The notes under the pieces are model-generated. The model did not search any database, was not told the origin of the DNA, and was given only the letters and a program-made list of their open reading frames with translations. A stretch of DNA of 64,000 nucleotides from Octopus vulgaris. Its lineage: Eukaryota. Shown piece after piece: positions 25,979-38,646 of this stretch (position 1 is the first letter of the stretch; every line of letters begins with the position of its first letter). A program made the translations under genes and the position numbers. The DNA is taken from assembly GCA_951406725.2 (NCBI GenBank), contig OX597817.1, positions 105,214,001-105,278,000 on the forward strand. The letters are read 5' to 3'.

Positions 25979-27887
25979 AGTATGCATGTGTGTGTGTGTG
26001 TGTGTGTGTGCGTGTGTGTGTGTACACGCCTACATAGGCGCGGGCATGGTCAAGTGGATAAGACATTTGTTTCACAATACTTAGCGAGATCCGTAAAATA
26101 TATTCCAGTCACAATACTAGGGTGAAAATAACTCGACTGCAACACTTGAAGGCAAGGAGTTCCAGCACGATCGTCGTTTAATGACTATAGCTAATAAAAG
26201 TAGAAAAGAATAAATCTCTGATTACTTTTTATGGTTTCCTTATCTCCATTACGCACACAAAAGCAACTGATGGGTTGACTACGACGTTGAATATAGCCTC
26301 AAAACCGCCTGCTTGTAAAGCCTTGTTTGATCACTAAATAGAAGCATCGTTCAAAAGTCCTTTAACATGAGGGCGAGAAAGATAAAATATTTTATAAACC
26401 CTTCAGAGAATTGAAGGTATTATGAATGATCACAGAAATAAAAGCGCAAGTATTTTTTTTTTTTACAAATAAAAATAACATGTTTATCAGGTTATCTTTT
26501 TAAAGTGACTACATTAGTAATAAAATAAGAGCGATAATATACTTGTACAGTGGTTGTTTGACTCATAAATAACACTTGCCAAAAATTATTATTTATACAA
26601 ATTGTCTATAACAGCTAATTTAGATTCATTCGAATGTAAGTGTAATGACAATAGAAACTAACTAGTGATGAAAATAAGAACGAACAAAAAAATTCAAAAC
26701 ACGTTTTACTATGACGGCGGATGAATACATTGACAAATATCGTTGTGATGAATCACGATTGCAAACAACTAACAGATTGCCTCGCACATAATATGACGGA
26801 AATGTTATGGTTTGAAGATCACAATACCTTAAAGGAAAAACAACGTCGGCAAGTAACTAGTCACGTTATTGCCTCGTTCAAGAGTTAGAAACATCAATTC
26901 ACTAATATCTCGCTTTAAATATTAGAGCAGACTGATAGATTCTGAATATTGTATGACAAAAGCGGCCTTTCTAAAATAGTAGAGATAGGAAAAAGTGAAC
27001 ATTACAAATATGTACACCACGAACAAATAACAATATGAAAGCTGCCAAATAATTAATTGTGTACAGTCAATACAACAATCTTTTACATAACCACCCCATA
27101 CTTTTATTATTCTCTCTCTCTCTTTCTTCTCCCTCTCCCTTCTTTTTAGCAGAATTTGGCATGCAATACACTGCATGACAAAGTTTGTAACGGGAAAACG
27201 AACCATGCCTTATAAATGTCTTTAAATAAACTCTCATTCGGCGGAATCCAATTTAGTAGCTATAAAACGGTTTATTTTGGTTATTTTGCTGTCTTCGGTT
27301 TCTTCTTTTTATATACCTTTCAGAACACGGTAAACTTTGGCATGAAGAACTAGATGCAATTTACATGCGCGCGCGCGTGTGCGTCTGTGTGCATGCGTGT
27401 GCGTTGTGTATGTATGTATGTATGTATGTATGTATGTATGTATGTATGTATGTATGTATGTATGTATGTATGTACACGATCCAATGGAGGCAAGCAGGCC
27501 GAAACTTTGAAGTCACTGTCACGACTCATAAATGTATAATAAATATGTACTCCACAAAGGGTATTGAGTAATCCTTCAGTTTCATGCAAAATTGATTTTA
27601 TTAGACGGCAAGGTGGAAAAATCGTTAGCACATCGGACAAAATACTTAGCGACATTTTCTGCAGCTCTTTACAGTTCAAATTCCGCCAAAGTCGAAAATA
27701 TATCATGAGCATTGTGTAAATGATGCTAATATCAAGTTTAAAAGCCATTCAGATTTTGAATACCGTGCTATTTGCCTACTAGGAAAATTCAATTTACAGT
27801 ACATATCTTCATTGCAAAACAACTTGCTTCCATGCAGTCGGCCCTTAAAAAACAGTTCCCTTTGCAGCATAGGCTCTATAGAATCGT

Positions 27888-28105
27888 TAACCCTTTAGGA
27901 ATTACATTACTCTGTGAAATGCAATGCTTGTTTATTCACATTGTTTGGAATTAATCACGCATTATCGTGTAACTGTGAGATTTCGATGATATGAGACTTT
28001 ATGTTTAGAGTGATATTGTTGGCTAAGTATGAGACACTGGATCTGACCACTTTTAACATAAAACAGGCAAATTATTTGGGTTGAATGTGGCCAATTTAAA
28101 AGCTA
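27888..28105. mobile_element. piggyBac-like MITE remnant
   Basis: Begins ttaa|cccttta; related pieces at 40760-40810 and a complementary taaagggttaa end near 41700-41710. Confidence 0.5.
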
Positions 28106-28388
28106 CTGTAGCAGCACACTACTATAGTAAAGTTCCTAACTTTGACCAAATCCTTGATTAAATTTTTTTTTCAAAGCTAGTTAAGCTTTCTAGAGGTAAT
28201 ATTTCTCCTTCTGATCTTTTTCGGAAATTTATGCATACATAGATAACTGCACACATATGCACTTAGGTATATGCACATTAACACATAAATATGGAAGCAC
28301 ACATATCTATACATATATAAGCAAATATGCTAGTTCTAAAATCTCTCTAAGAAATCAACGCAGTAGTTGTACTAATAAGTAATGTTCA

Positions 28389-28760
28389 TAGCCACTTCAA
28401 CATAACTATCTGTTCAAACGGACTTTGCTGCGATTTTTTAACTCCAAGAAGACATCTCCTCTAGCTGGTTACGATGCACAGCTGCATCCGAAATATTGCG
28501 AGCAAGGGAGCGAACCTCTACCTCCTTCTGGCAACGGGACCAGCTGCTTTCGGGCTATTTCTACCTCTCTTCAGTAGTAGACACCTCGTCTGCGAGAGAT
28601 GACCGTAGCTCGTTTCCGCTCGCAATACTTATAATTTCAAGTGACATACAGTTGCTGATTTTGCAGCTGTGCATCGTTAACCAGCTAGAGGAGATGTCCT
28701 CTTGGGGTTAAAAAATCGCAGCTAAGTCCGTTCGAACGGACAGCCATGGTGAAGTAGCTA
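28389..28760. mobile_element. Fold-back / MITE with ~100-bp imperfect inverted arms
   Basis: 28389-28486 pairs with 28662-28760; inner arms tattgcgagc/gctcgcaata. Confidence 0.8.
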
Positions 28761-31046
28761 CCATGACGATTATTACGAATATAAAATATCATAGTTTTCT
28801 TGCGTTTGTGTGTTTGTGTACGTACCCCCCTCTCTCTGCATGTATGAATGTGTGTGAGCGTGTGAGTGTGTATAAGAGTGTTTTAGTGTGTATGCGTGTG
28901 TTAGTGTGTGTGTGTGTGTGTTAGTGTGTGTGTGTGTGTGTGTGTGTGTTCTCTCGATTACGACTGACATGGGACAAAACAATCACGACTACTCCAGCTT
29001 ATTTAGTTATAAACTTTTGATTCTTTCCTCTTTGCATCGTTATATTGTTATCTATTTTAAACTTTCTAGTGAGCAAAATAAAACTATATTTTAACGTTAT
29101 TAATGTGGGTGTTTAAAAGAAAAGCGTGAGATAGAGAGAGGGAGAGGACATGCCTGTGTGTGTGTGTGAATGTGCACATGTGTGTGTGAATGTGCACATG
29201 TGTGTGTGCGTGCATGGGTATGTGTATTTTGAAGAAAAACAGTAATTTCATTGGTTGAAAAGCATTGACATAAAACCGGTTTTGCTCCCCAGTTGTGTTC
29301 GATGCATGCCCTATACGAGAAGAAAAGACTCGGGGAATAATGTATTTCTTCTTCTTCTTCTGATATATCTGTGTGTGTGTGTGTGTGTGTGTTTACATAC
29401 ACACACATCACAAACACATTTATCTGTTTGTTTGTTTGTCTGTCTGTCTGTATGAATGTATGCATGTAAGAAACTTTATATCTGGTCCATGAGGTATCAA
29501 TCCAGGTCTTCAAACACGCTTTCTTACTACAGACTGGTTTCATGCAAGACAATTTTCTGAAAGACTGAGAAATCACACGCATAACAAAACACATAATGTA
29601 TCATTTAATTATTACATATATAATATATGTATACAATGCCAAAATGTCCTGTAGACTTCGGCAGTCAATAAAAGAAAAAGATTTTAAAATGTATACTCCT
29701 TGTGCGGACCGTGGCCTGGTACAGCTCCGCGGCCCAGCGGCTGAGGTCTCCTGAATTAGAGCATTGACTTTTCGAAAAATCACTTTGTTATCAAAGTGAC
29801 TTTTAATTCCACTAAATAATCGACGCCATTCATGTGAATTGATCTCCAAAAGAATTTTGATTTAGATGTATTTATGGTAAGAAGCAACTAAATTTCCTTC
29901 TCAAAAGTTCTACGTAATTCAACCTACACAAGTTAATGTGTGAATAACAAAATATGAATTTTGAAAGAAGTATCTATAAAACTAGCTTTAAACATCGAAT
30001 GGCTATGGGGGTCCACCAGAACAGAATAGTAATCAAAGGGACCCATGGTTGGAAAATGATTGAGAACTACTAATTTAAACCAATGAAATTAGAATAACAC
30101 TTGATAAAAATGACATCCTCCTACTCGTGAACATTCTATTACTTTCATGTATAGTAACCTTTTTTCTTTTTCTTTCTTTATTTTCTTTATTTATTTTTGC
30201 TTTTCTGAAATATGACTGACTAGCTTCGTTTTAAACAAGCGATGATATTTAGCATTCATATTGCAATTTTAGTCTTATTTTTCTTTTAAAGAAAATATCG
30301 TCTGGGTTACGCACGAAGACATTTAATTGTTTCCCAACTGAAATCTTTTGTTAGAGCTTTCAAGTATTGTATTTGTTAGACGTTTTAGAATTGAGCTCGT
30401 CCATTTCATGATTGCACCACGCACAATATTTTGCTGAATTTCTTATATCTGATGTTACTCAAGTGAACTTTATGCCAACTTGATATTTAATTTAGAGCTA
30501 TGCCTTTTTCCTGGAACATAAATATCTCAAAGCTTTGACATACATTTTACATTTGACTTGCTTTGATATTTTTCTTTTTGCAAATTACTAAATTAAAAAG
30601 AAATTGTTTGAAAATTAATTTAGATCACTGCTATCAAAATGTACGAGGTTTTATTTTATTCTTTACAAATTTAGCGAGTATTTTCTTCCGTGTGAACTAT
30701 TTTCAAAGTTAGTGGCCTCATTGTAATATCTACTGGAGCTAAGTTTTATATTTTCCCTTTCAATACTCTCTCTCACTCTCTCTCTCTCACACACACAAAA
30801 AGGCCGAACACAAACGTATGGAATATTTTTTCTGTATATGTGTTAGAATGTATTTTGCACTTTTAATCGGTTGCAGAATGAAATAGAATTGCTCTCCTCC
30901 TATTTTCAAGTATATTTCTATTAACAATAATTCATCTTTTCATTCCCAATACGTTTTGGTAGATTTGGACTCGAATACCTTGTCGCTGTTGTTTTCCATC
31001 ATCGAAAGACATCTCTTTTTACACAAGCGATTCACCGGAGTAAGGA

Positions 31047-31101
31047 AACTTTGAGACACCAAGGTGTTTCGACCTTATTGCGTGTCTCCTCAATCAAAGT
31101 T
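31047..31101 (-). ncRNA. Type I hammerhead ribozyme, copy 1 of a tandem pair
   Basis: Reverse complement aactttga-TTGAGGA-gac(acgcaataag)gtc-GAAA-cac(cttg)gtg-TC-tcaaagtt: 8-bp stem I, 3-bp stem II, 4-bp stem III, GUC cleavage site; only C3>U deviates. Confidence 0.8.
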
Positions 31102-31375
31102 ACACCAATGAACTAATAAATGTAACAAGAGTGCAGGCTCTTGTTTATAGAAATCAGCAAACAAATTATTTTCTGATGCGTGATGATGTCTTTCAGACAG
31201 ATAATAATTCATGAGATGCACGCAGAACACCGGGAATCAAAACAATAAAATATCTATCAATTTATGTGTTCTAGTAGAATATCTGATAGTTATTGATTCC
31301 CCCCTCCCCATCGGAAAATATCTCTTTCCTTTAGACTATGTATTCATACCACACGCATTTCACCGGTGTGAGAGG

Positions 31376-31429
31376 ACCTTGAGACACCGAAGTGTTTCGA
31401 CTTTACTGCGTGCCTCCTAACTCAAAGTT
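31376..31429 (-). ncRNA. Type I hammerhead ribozyme, copy 2 (core decayed)
   Basis: Reverse complement aactttga-GTTAGGA-ggc(acgcagtaaa)gtc-GAAA-cac(ttcg)gtg-TC-tcaaggt; stems retained, with a cUUCGg loop on stem III. Confidence 0.65.
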
Positions 31430-32864
31430 ACTCCACCGGACAGATGAGCTCTAACAAGAGTTAGAGGTGCGTTATTGATTAGATCCCCGCTGTTCTGTAT
31501 GCGTCCCGTGGATTATACTATTCTTATTGTATTTCACTTTCTTTTTAATTAATTTCTTTTTTGTATAGCATATGTTATCAGGAATAGAGCTGTGTCTTAA
31601 AGATAGACTTGTGTAAAAAAAAAGTAAAATTACCAAAAAAAAAAAAAGGTTAGTTGCATCAGTAAAAGGTTTGGACATCCTAGCTTCAGTAGCGTTTCTG
31701 TGGTTCCAAAACATGGCAAAAAAAAAAAAACATTGTGTTACCTAGTCTTTTGGTGATTGGGTTTGTATATGGGAAATTGGATGATGGCAGAAAGGCAAAA
31801 AAATACAATAAAAACAAAGATTTAAATATGAAATATAAAATTGGTGATGCTATAAACTAATAAAATATTGTCTTTCTCCTTTAGAGATAAAACAAACTAG
31901 CCTCCTTCAACGGCTGAAAGATACAGCCATTACACAGATGAAAAAGTCTTGTAACACTACTCCTTCCATACTGAGGAAAAACAAAGCTAAAACTGTTGAG
32001 TTGCCGGCAGATCAACCTCACAAATGAAATACCAAAGTATTTCGGGTAAACGTTATTTGAGGATGCCAATAATATAAAAGTAAATTAACAGAGAAATGAA
32101 ACTAAATTTTTTTTTAAAGGGGTGGGAATGGTAATAGTAACATTGGAAATAAATAAAAAATAAACTGCACGTCTCATTAACGTAGTGCATCCCAATATAA
32201 GCGTTAACCGTTTTACGAGATATGCGCTTAATCTCGAGTACTTGGTTTTCATAAAGTGATAAAACTTTATATTCATGAAGTTATTAATGACTTAATGCCT
32301 TTCGTGGGCCCAAATATTGACGGTGATGAGCATTCATATGCAGACTATTGAACAGAAATGGATGGATGTCAACAAAGAAAAAATGCAATAACAATACGGA
32401 AATGAGCGATGCTTTTGTCCACATCTTGTTCGCAAGATACATACAGCGGATTTAAAATTGATAATCATGAATACATATTCGCGATTCTAATTCGTTCTAT
32501 AAATGAAAATTTTATTATAATATAAATATATGGTTTTCATGTTATGTAATGACATTAAGTTTCATTATTTTGGTTTCTTTTATTTCTTTCCTATTTTACT
32601 GTCGTTACTTCCGTTTTTTTCACTTTAATTTCTTTCTTTTTTTCCATTTTTTACAGTCTAAAATAAGAATTAACTGGATTCTCGCTGTCCTTTAGCCTCT
32701 TGTCTGTTGATAATATTCTGAGATCAAACATTATCACCTCTTGCATCCGCATCGGTCTTCATCTACCAGAGCGTCTTCCGTTACCAGTACCTCTTTCCAT
32801 GACTCATCGTCATTTTGCTTCCCACATCATGCTAGCTGGTCGTTACTCCTGCACACGTCAGTCC

Positions 32865-33526
32865 TCTACGTTAGTAATGCCAGATCATCAGCATAGTCTA
32901 GGTCTGTTACTGTTACTGCTTGATACCGTCTACTTCTTTGCTTGTGCTGTTTGAAACCCAGTTCTTCTTCCTTGCCCTCTTACGTTCTACGTATTACATA
33001 GTTCAGAACGATGGCGAAGCGATAAGGTGCTAGCGTGTCGTCTTGTAATACTCCGGCTTTGTCTTTAAAGTATTCCGTTTCTCCATGAGGAGTGATCACT
33101 TTCGCTCTGGTGTTCTCATTCAGCTTACTTATTGCTCTTAGAATTCTTGGTGGAATGTTATATGCTGTTATACAAGGATGCTTAGAATGGTACTCAAAGT
33201 CTCCTGGAAGCGTCATACAACAAACTCCGACTTATACCAAGGACTACCAAAAGTAACGTTGAAGATACGGGATAGAAGGATGAAGTTAGCTGGACACGGC
33301 ATCAGACACACCGATGAAATTGCTAGCAAGCTAGTGCTCTGGCAACCAACGGAAGGAAGAACCAGGAGAGGAAGGAGGAAGATGACCTATATCGACAACT
33401 TACTGGAGGATACTGGTATGGAACGGGTACAGGAGCTGAGGACCATTATGGAAGATCGAGATGAATGGGGAAAACGTGTGGAAACAGTTTTGGGGCGTCC
33501 TGTGGCACGACCTAGATAGATAGATA
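32865..33526. mobile_element. RTE-clade (RTE-X-like) LINE fragment with 5' inversion
   Basis: Minus strand 33170->32865: AYNIP..GVLQDDTLAP..TDLDYADDLALL; plus strand 33170-33519: YTRMLRMVLKVSWK..RRMKLAGH..LVLWQP..RGRRKMTYID..; (TAGA)n tail. Confidence 0.88.
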
Positions 33527-33635
33527 ATGTACACGTACTTCAGGAAGTCGGCCACAGTAGATTACATGAGCCTCAAAAACCTGTTACGCAGCGTATGCAG
33601 CCGGATCACTTTGTCGGCATTATTAGCAAAAATGA

Positions 33636-33698
<63 letters not shown>

Positions 33699-33742
33699 AA
33701 CAAACAAACAAACGCACGCACACACACACAGACTTGTATATG

Positions 33743-34705
33743 CAGGAATCCCTCGTTTTACGGAAATAATGCGTTCCTGAAATTCCGTTGTACGAAATTA
33801 ATTTTCTTATTGATTTTCGTATTATCAATATTTAAATATACACCGTAGAATACAGATGCATAAAAATACAAAACTTTTCAAGAGGAATACGTTAGGGAAT
33901 TAATACGTATCGTAATATTGTAAGCGTATGCTCTTACCACAAAAAATGTTGACTATTGTGTGAGGGTGGTGGTGGAATGAACGTTACTAGGAGGATGAGG
34001 GACAATACTTACTATCTTATCGTTCATTATCCCGAACATCAACTTGTCCAAAGTTGTTAGTTGTTTGTGATGCGTCATCTCTTATGTTCATGATTAGGAT
34101 CATTATCAGCAAGAACCTGCAGAGCTTTCCTGTATAAGTGCCAATCCTGAACAAATAATTTTTGTAGTCAATTTAAGTTGTGTAGGTGGAACTTCCGTTA
34201 TCTCATCTGTATTCTCAGCTTGTTCTTTTTCTAACAGCATCAGCTCCTCGTTAGATAAACTTTCTCTCTGAAACATTAGAAACTCAATCATATCATCCTT
34301 TATGACTTTTTCGAATCCTACATCCTTTGCAAATATCACGATATCTTGCCGAATTTGACGTAGACTTTCTACCCAAGGAAAACTTGTAATGTTACGGATA
34401 CAGTCTGGCTATAAACTTTTCCAAGAACTTTACAAAGTTGAAGGTTTCAGTTCATCCGATGACTCACCTAAATTATCCACAGCATCATGTTAAAATTTCT
34501 TTCAAAAATCTCAAACTGTATGTTTATACTCCCTATCAATTGCTTAAGATGTTTGAAAGTGCACATATGATATGCTTTGAAGTTAACTTCGATTTATTGG
34601 CTGGAGCAAAGTTGCATTCTTAAGGACATACATATATTCCAGTCACTTTATCAGTAAGATTATCTAAATTTGCAGGGTGGCTCGGTACATTGTCAAAAAG
34701 AAGTT
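33743..34705 (-). mobile_element. Tigger/pogo transposon remnant
   Basis: TIR-like caggaatccctcgttttacg; minus-strand LLFDNVPSHP and ..TLLQP.. (pogo DDE_1 LDNAPGHP / TSLLQPMD); C-terminal ..ESLSNEELMLLE.. Confidence 0.72.
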
Positions 34706-35465
34706 TCACTAGATTTTATAGACAATTCGCCTCTTACATTTCTGACTTAAGACAAAAATACACACACACATACACACACCCATATACATACACAAACACT
34801 TATACACATTACACACTCATGCACATACGTGTTTGTGTATGTGCTGCTATCTGTTGCAGCCAGTTGGATTCAAAAGTTGATGGGTTGATAGTGGGGGATG
34901 ATGGATGCAGATTACATTGCTTTAGATGTTAATGAGGGTGGGTGGGTATTGTTGGTGTTGTAGCGATTATATTGTTCCTGGTAGTTGTATTGTTGTCGCT
35001 ATTTAATCTCCAGTCAGTCCTCATAGACATAAGATGAAAGGCGTTTCATTCAACTTTTTAAATACACCACGTGATATGTTTTTATTTGCTTATCTTCTCT
35101 ATACTATATGTTATTGTTGCTGTTGGTTGTTGTGTTGGTGCTGATGAGAGAAAAGACACACACACACATACATATATTCACATACATATATGTGTGTGTG
35201 TGCGTGTGCGTGTGTATACACTTCCATTATGTACATTATATATAGTGTGTATATGTATGCGTTTATGTGCGTAACGTGATGATAGTTTTCCAAATCGTTA
35301 ACTCATCTTTAACTAAAACGCAAGGGGCTATTGAGCTAAGAAGAAAGTGTAGTTTTAAATTAACTAGACAAGAGCGAAATTACAGACCGTATCCCGAAAT
35401 TAATGGTCATATTTTACAATTTCCGTAAACGTGAAATACCGTAACCTGAGGCATATAAACATACA

Positions 35466-35496
<31 letters not shown>

Positions 35497-35712
35497 TGTA
35501 TGTATGTATGTATGTATGTATGTATGTATGTATAGACACACATATGCGCGCGCATATTTATTATTCTTTTAAAGCATATTACTTATTCTATCGGTCTCTT
35601 TTGAAGAACCGCTAGGTTACGGGGTCGTAAACACACCACCACCGGTTGTCAAGCGGTGTAGGGAGACACACAGACACAGAGGCGAGAACTCACACATAGA
35701 TATATAAATAAA

Positions 35713-36145
35713 TTAATAAATATATAATTGTCTTTGTGAACTTTTGTATCTCTGCCGCAAGGCTTCATTTCCAAACACGCCAGCTGAATTCAGTTCGTCC
35801 CTAGTCGAAAGACACCTGTTGTTATGTCCTGTTATTATTATTTTTATTGTATTTATATTGTATTTATATTTGTGTAACATTGTCTGTTTTTCCGTCCTTG
35901 TTTTTGTATACATTCGATGCTTTCTTCCAAGGAATCTAATGCTCTTCTTAGCTTTTCCTTGGGGCTGGCCAGTTTGGAGCAATCTCAAGATTAATCAGCC
36001 GAAATTGCGAGGATGATCTGGTTCTTGACTGAGGATAGAAAGCTTCAAATGACCCATCCTTGTTTTTTTGTATCGACTATCTGGACGTTTTGTTGTCCAT
36101 TTTTGTATCACCTAGTTGTCCGATGTTTTGCGTTCTTGTCCCATT

Positions 36146-36146
<1 letters not shown>
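35713..36146. mobile_element. (TA)n-associated non-coding repeat, probably Penelope-derived
   Basis: Unique segment ending in (TA)n; architecture resembles the 43937-45092 element. Confidence 0.4.
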
Positions 36147-36193
<47 letters not shown>

Positions 36194-36216
36194 GCGGCGT
36201 ACGTACAATTTGTTCT

Positions 36217-36286
<70 letters not shown>

Positions 36287-36406
36287 CATATATACATACA
36301 TACATACACACACACAAAACACACAAAACGCACACACATACATACACATAATAAGGGTAGCTTGTTAACAATTTTTCAACCGAAAGGCAAAAATATATAC
36401 GTCACA

Positions 36407-36610
36407 AAAGCAACTGAGGGCACTAGGCAGCACCAATATTGCTAGAAATAAGAGCGAAAACAACTCATAGCCACAATAACGCACCGTCTTATTTACTGAC
36501 AAAGGAGAAGGAGCTTGACTCTCTTGTTAGTAAATAAGACGGCGCGCTCTGAATTGTTTTGAATCTTATTTCTAGCAATACTGGTGCTCAATGGTACTCA
36601 CAGTCGCTTT
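36407..36610. repeat. ~200-bp imperfect palindrome (fold-back)
   Basis: gcaccaatattgctagaaataaga / tcttatttctagcaatactggtgc and gcaccgtcttatttactgacaa / ttgttagtaaataagacggcgc. Confidence 0.82.
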
Positions 36611-36632
36611 AGTCACACACGCACACACACAT

Positions 36633-36687
<55 letters not shown>

Positions 36688-36809
36688 TGTATGTGTTGTG
36701 GTGGACGCCCCAGACGAGAAGTGGGCTGGTCCACTACGAATAAATAGTGGACGGACACAGCCAGTAACGTTGTTCGGCGAAGGTACGCCGTTGAACCTGC
36801 GATACATCA

Positions 36810-36840
<31 letters not shown>

Positions 36841-36886
36841 TGTATGTATGTATGTATGTATGTATGTATGTATGTATGTATGTATG

Positions 36887-36937
<51 letters not shown>

Positions 36938-37500
36938 AGAGTAGATCGTATACGAGTGGGTATATATTTGTAAAAAAGAAGTTTGAAAACGCCACTATAT
37001 TAGATAAATTTTTATTTTCTTATGAATTTTACATGTTTCGGTTCTTGAAAAAACGAACCTTATAAAATATATTATAAAAAGTGCAATAGAAAAGTTCATA
37101 ATCGTTTCTTACAGTTCTCAATAGAATCCATGTGGTGGTGTTTTGTCGGTAGTTGGTATAATCGCTATATTACTGTTGAGTGTAGTGAAGAAGTCCATTA
37201 TTGTTTCTTGCTGGTATCAAAAGGAACCGCTTTTTTGTTACCTTGTGTTCCAATGGTAGCAACAGTAGTGATTGTTGGTCGTAGTAGTAGTAACCTGTGG
37301 CTGTTACTGTTGGTCGTAATTTTGGCAACCTTGGTGGTGGTTGGGGTTGTAGCAGTTAAGCTGTGGCCGTGGCAGCAGCAGCAGCAGTAGTAGAGGACTG
37401 TTGATCGTAGCAGCAATAGTAGTCGGTTCACTGGCAATGCTCACTGACGTCACATAATTCCAAACCAATCAAAACCAAACTTCAACGAATACAAAGAAAA

Positions 37501-37705
37501 GACCCATAACTGTATCCTGTAAGGAAACCAACCAAGCAGAACGACAAGCTTGACCACGGAAGAAAAATGTCATCAATTTTTTGACGAATCAAAATCAGAT
37601 CTGACTCATAACTCTATCCTGTAAGGAAACCAACCAAGCAGAATGACAAGCTTGATCACGGAAGAAAAACGTCATCAATTTTTTAACGAATCAAAATCAG
37701 ATCTG
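37501..37705. repeat. Tandem duplication, 102-bp period
   Basis: gac.cataact.tatcctgtaaggaaaccaaccaagcagaa...caaaatcagatctg occurs twice, starting at 37501 and 37603. Confidence 0.92.
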
Positions 37706-38592
37706 CTCGTAGCAAAATTTTTTTTTTATAAATTCATCTTTCCCTAAAACATACCACTGCAAGCGGGAGTGACTGTTTAAAGATCTGAGAAATTGTTTTA
37801 TGTATATGTATGTATATGTATAAGTATGAATATATGTGTGTATTTATATTTATAACTTAACCTTATGTACTTTCTAAAATCTCTGACGAAGCCTAGAGAA
37901 ACCAATTTTTCTCCATACCACCTACCATCGACTTGCTCCCTTCCTCGAAATTGCTGGCCTAGTGCCAAAATTTGAAATCAATATTACAGCCACTACTAGC
38001 AATAATATCCCTACCAAATTCCCAACTTATCAAGTCGATAACTAACTCTACCCATACGTACCTCAAACCACGAACTCTACCTCAGACACGCTATATTTAA
38101 TCTGTCCATCTTCAGCAACATACACAAACTATAACTTGTACTGTTCTCTCTACTTTCCAGGGTTTCCTTTAAAGAAACTTAATACTGAAAGATTCCATTT
38201 ACCTCTCCATCATGAAAGAAAGAGTTTTTTTTTTGTGTTGCTAATCAGAATACCTACAAGGACCAGAAGCTTGAACGCCACAGCAACAAGTTATACACCA
38301 AGACAAAGAAGTCGCACTAAGATATATATCCTTGTGAGTAGATGTGGTAGACGGAAACTGAAAGAAACCCGTCGTATATGTGGGTGTGTATGTGTGAGAG
38401 TGAAGTGTTTGTATTTGACCCCTACATCGCCTGAAAACTGGTGCTGGGGTGTATACGTCGATAGAATAAGTAGCAGGTTTAAACAGAAAGTACTGGGGTC
38501 GATGTATTCAGTTAAAAATTCTCCAAAGTGGTGTCCCAACATGGCTGCAGTCTGAATGATTGAAGCGAGTAAAAGATAAAGACAATAACCTG

Positions 38593-38646
<54 letters not shown>

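Noticed and set aside
36695-36810. Possible HDV-like ribozyme (cca-cttctcgtc-tgg on the minus strand)
   Set aside because: No P1.1/P4/J4-2 or P2 partner downstream; more likely a retroelement end in (CATA)n
37501-37705. Possible CRISPR-like array
   Set aside because: Only two contiguous 102-bp units with no spacers, in a eukaryotic context with no cas genes
37883-37905. CTGACGA-agcctaga-GAAAC
   Set aside because: Stems I and II do not pair
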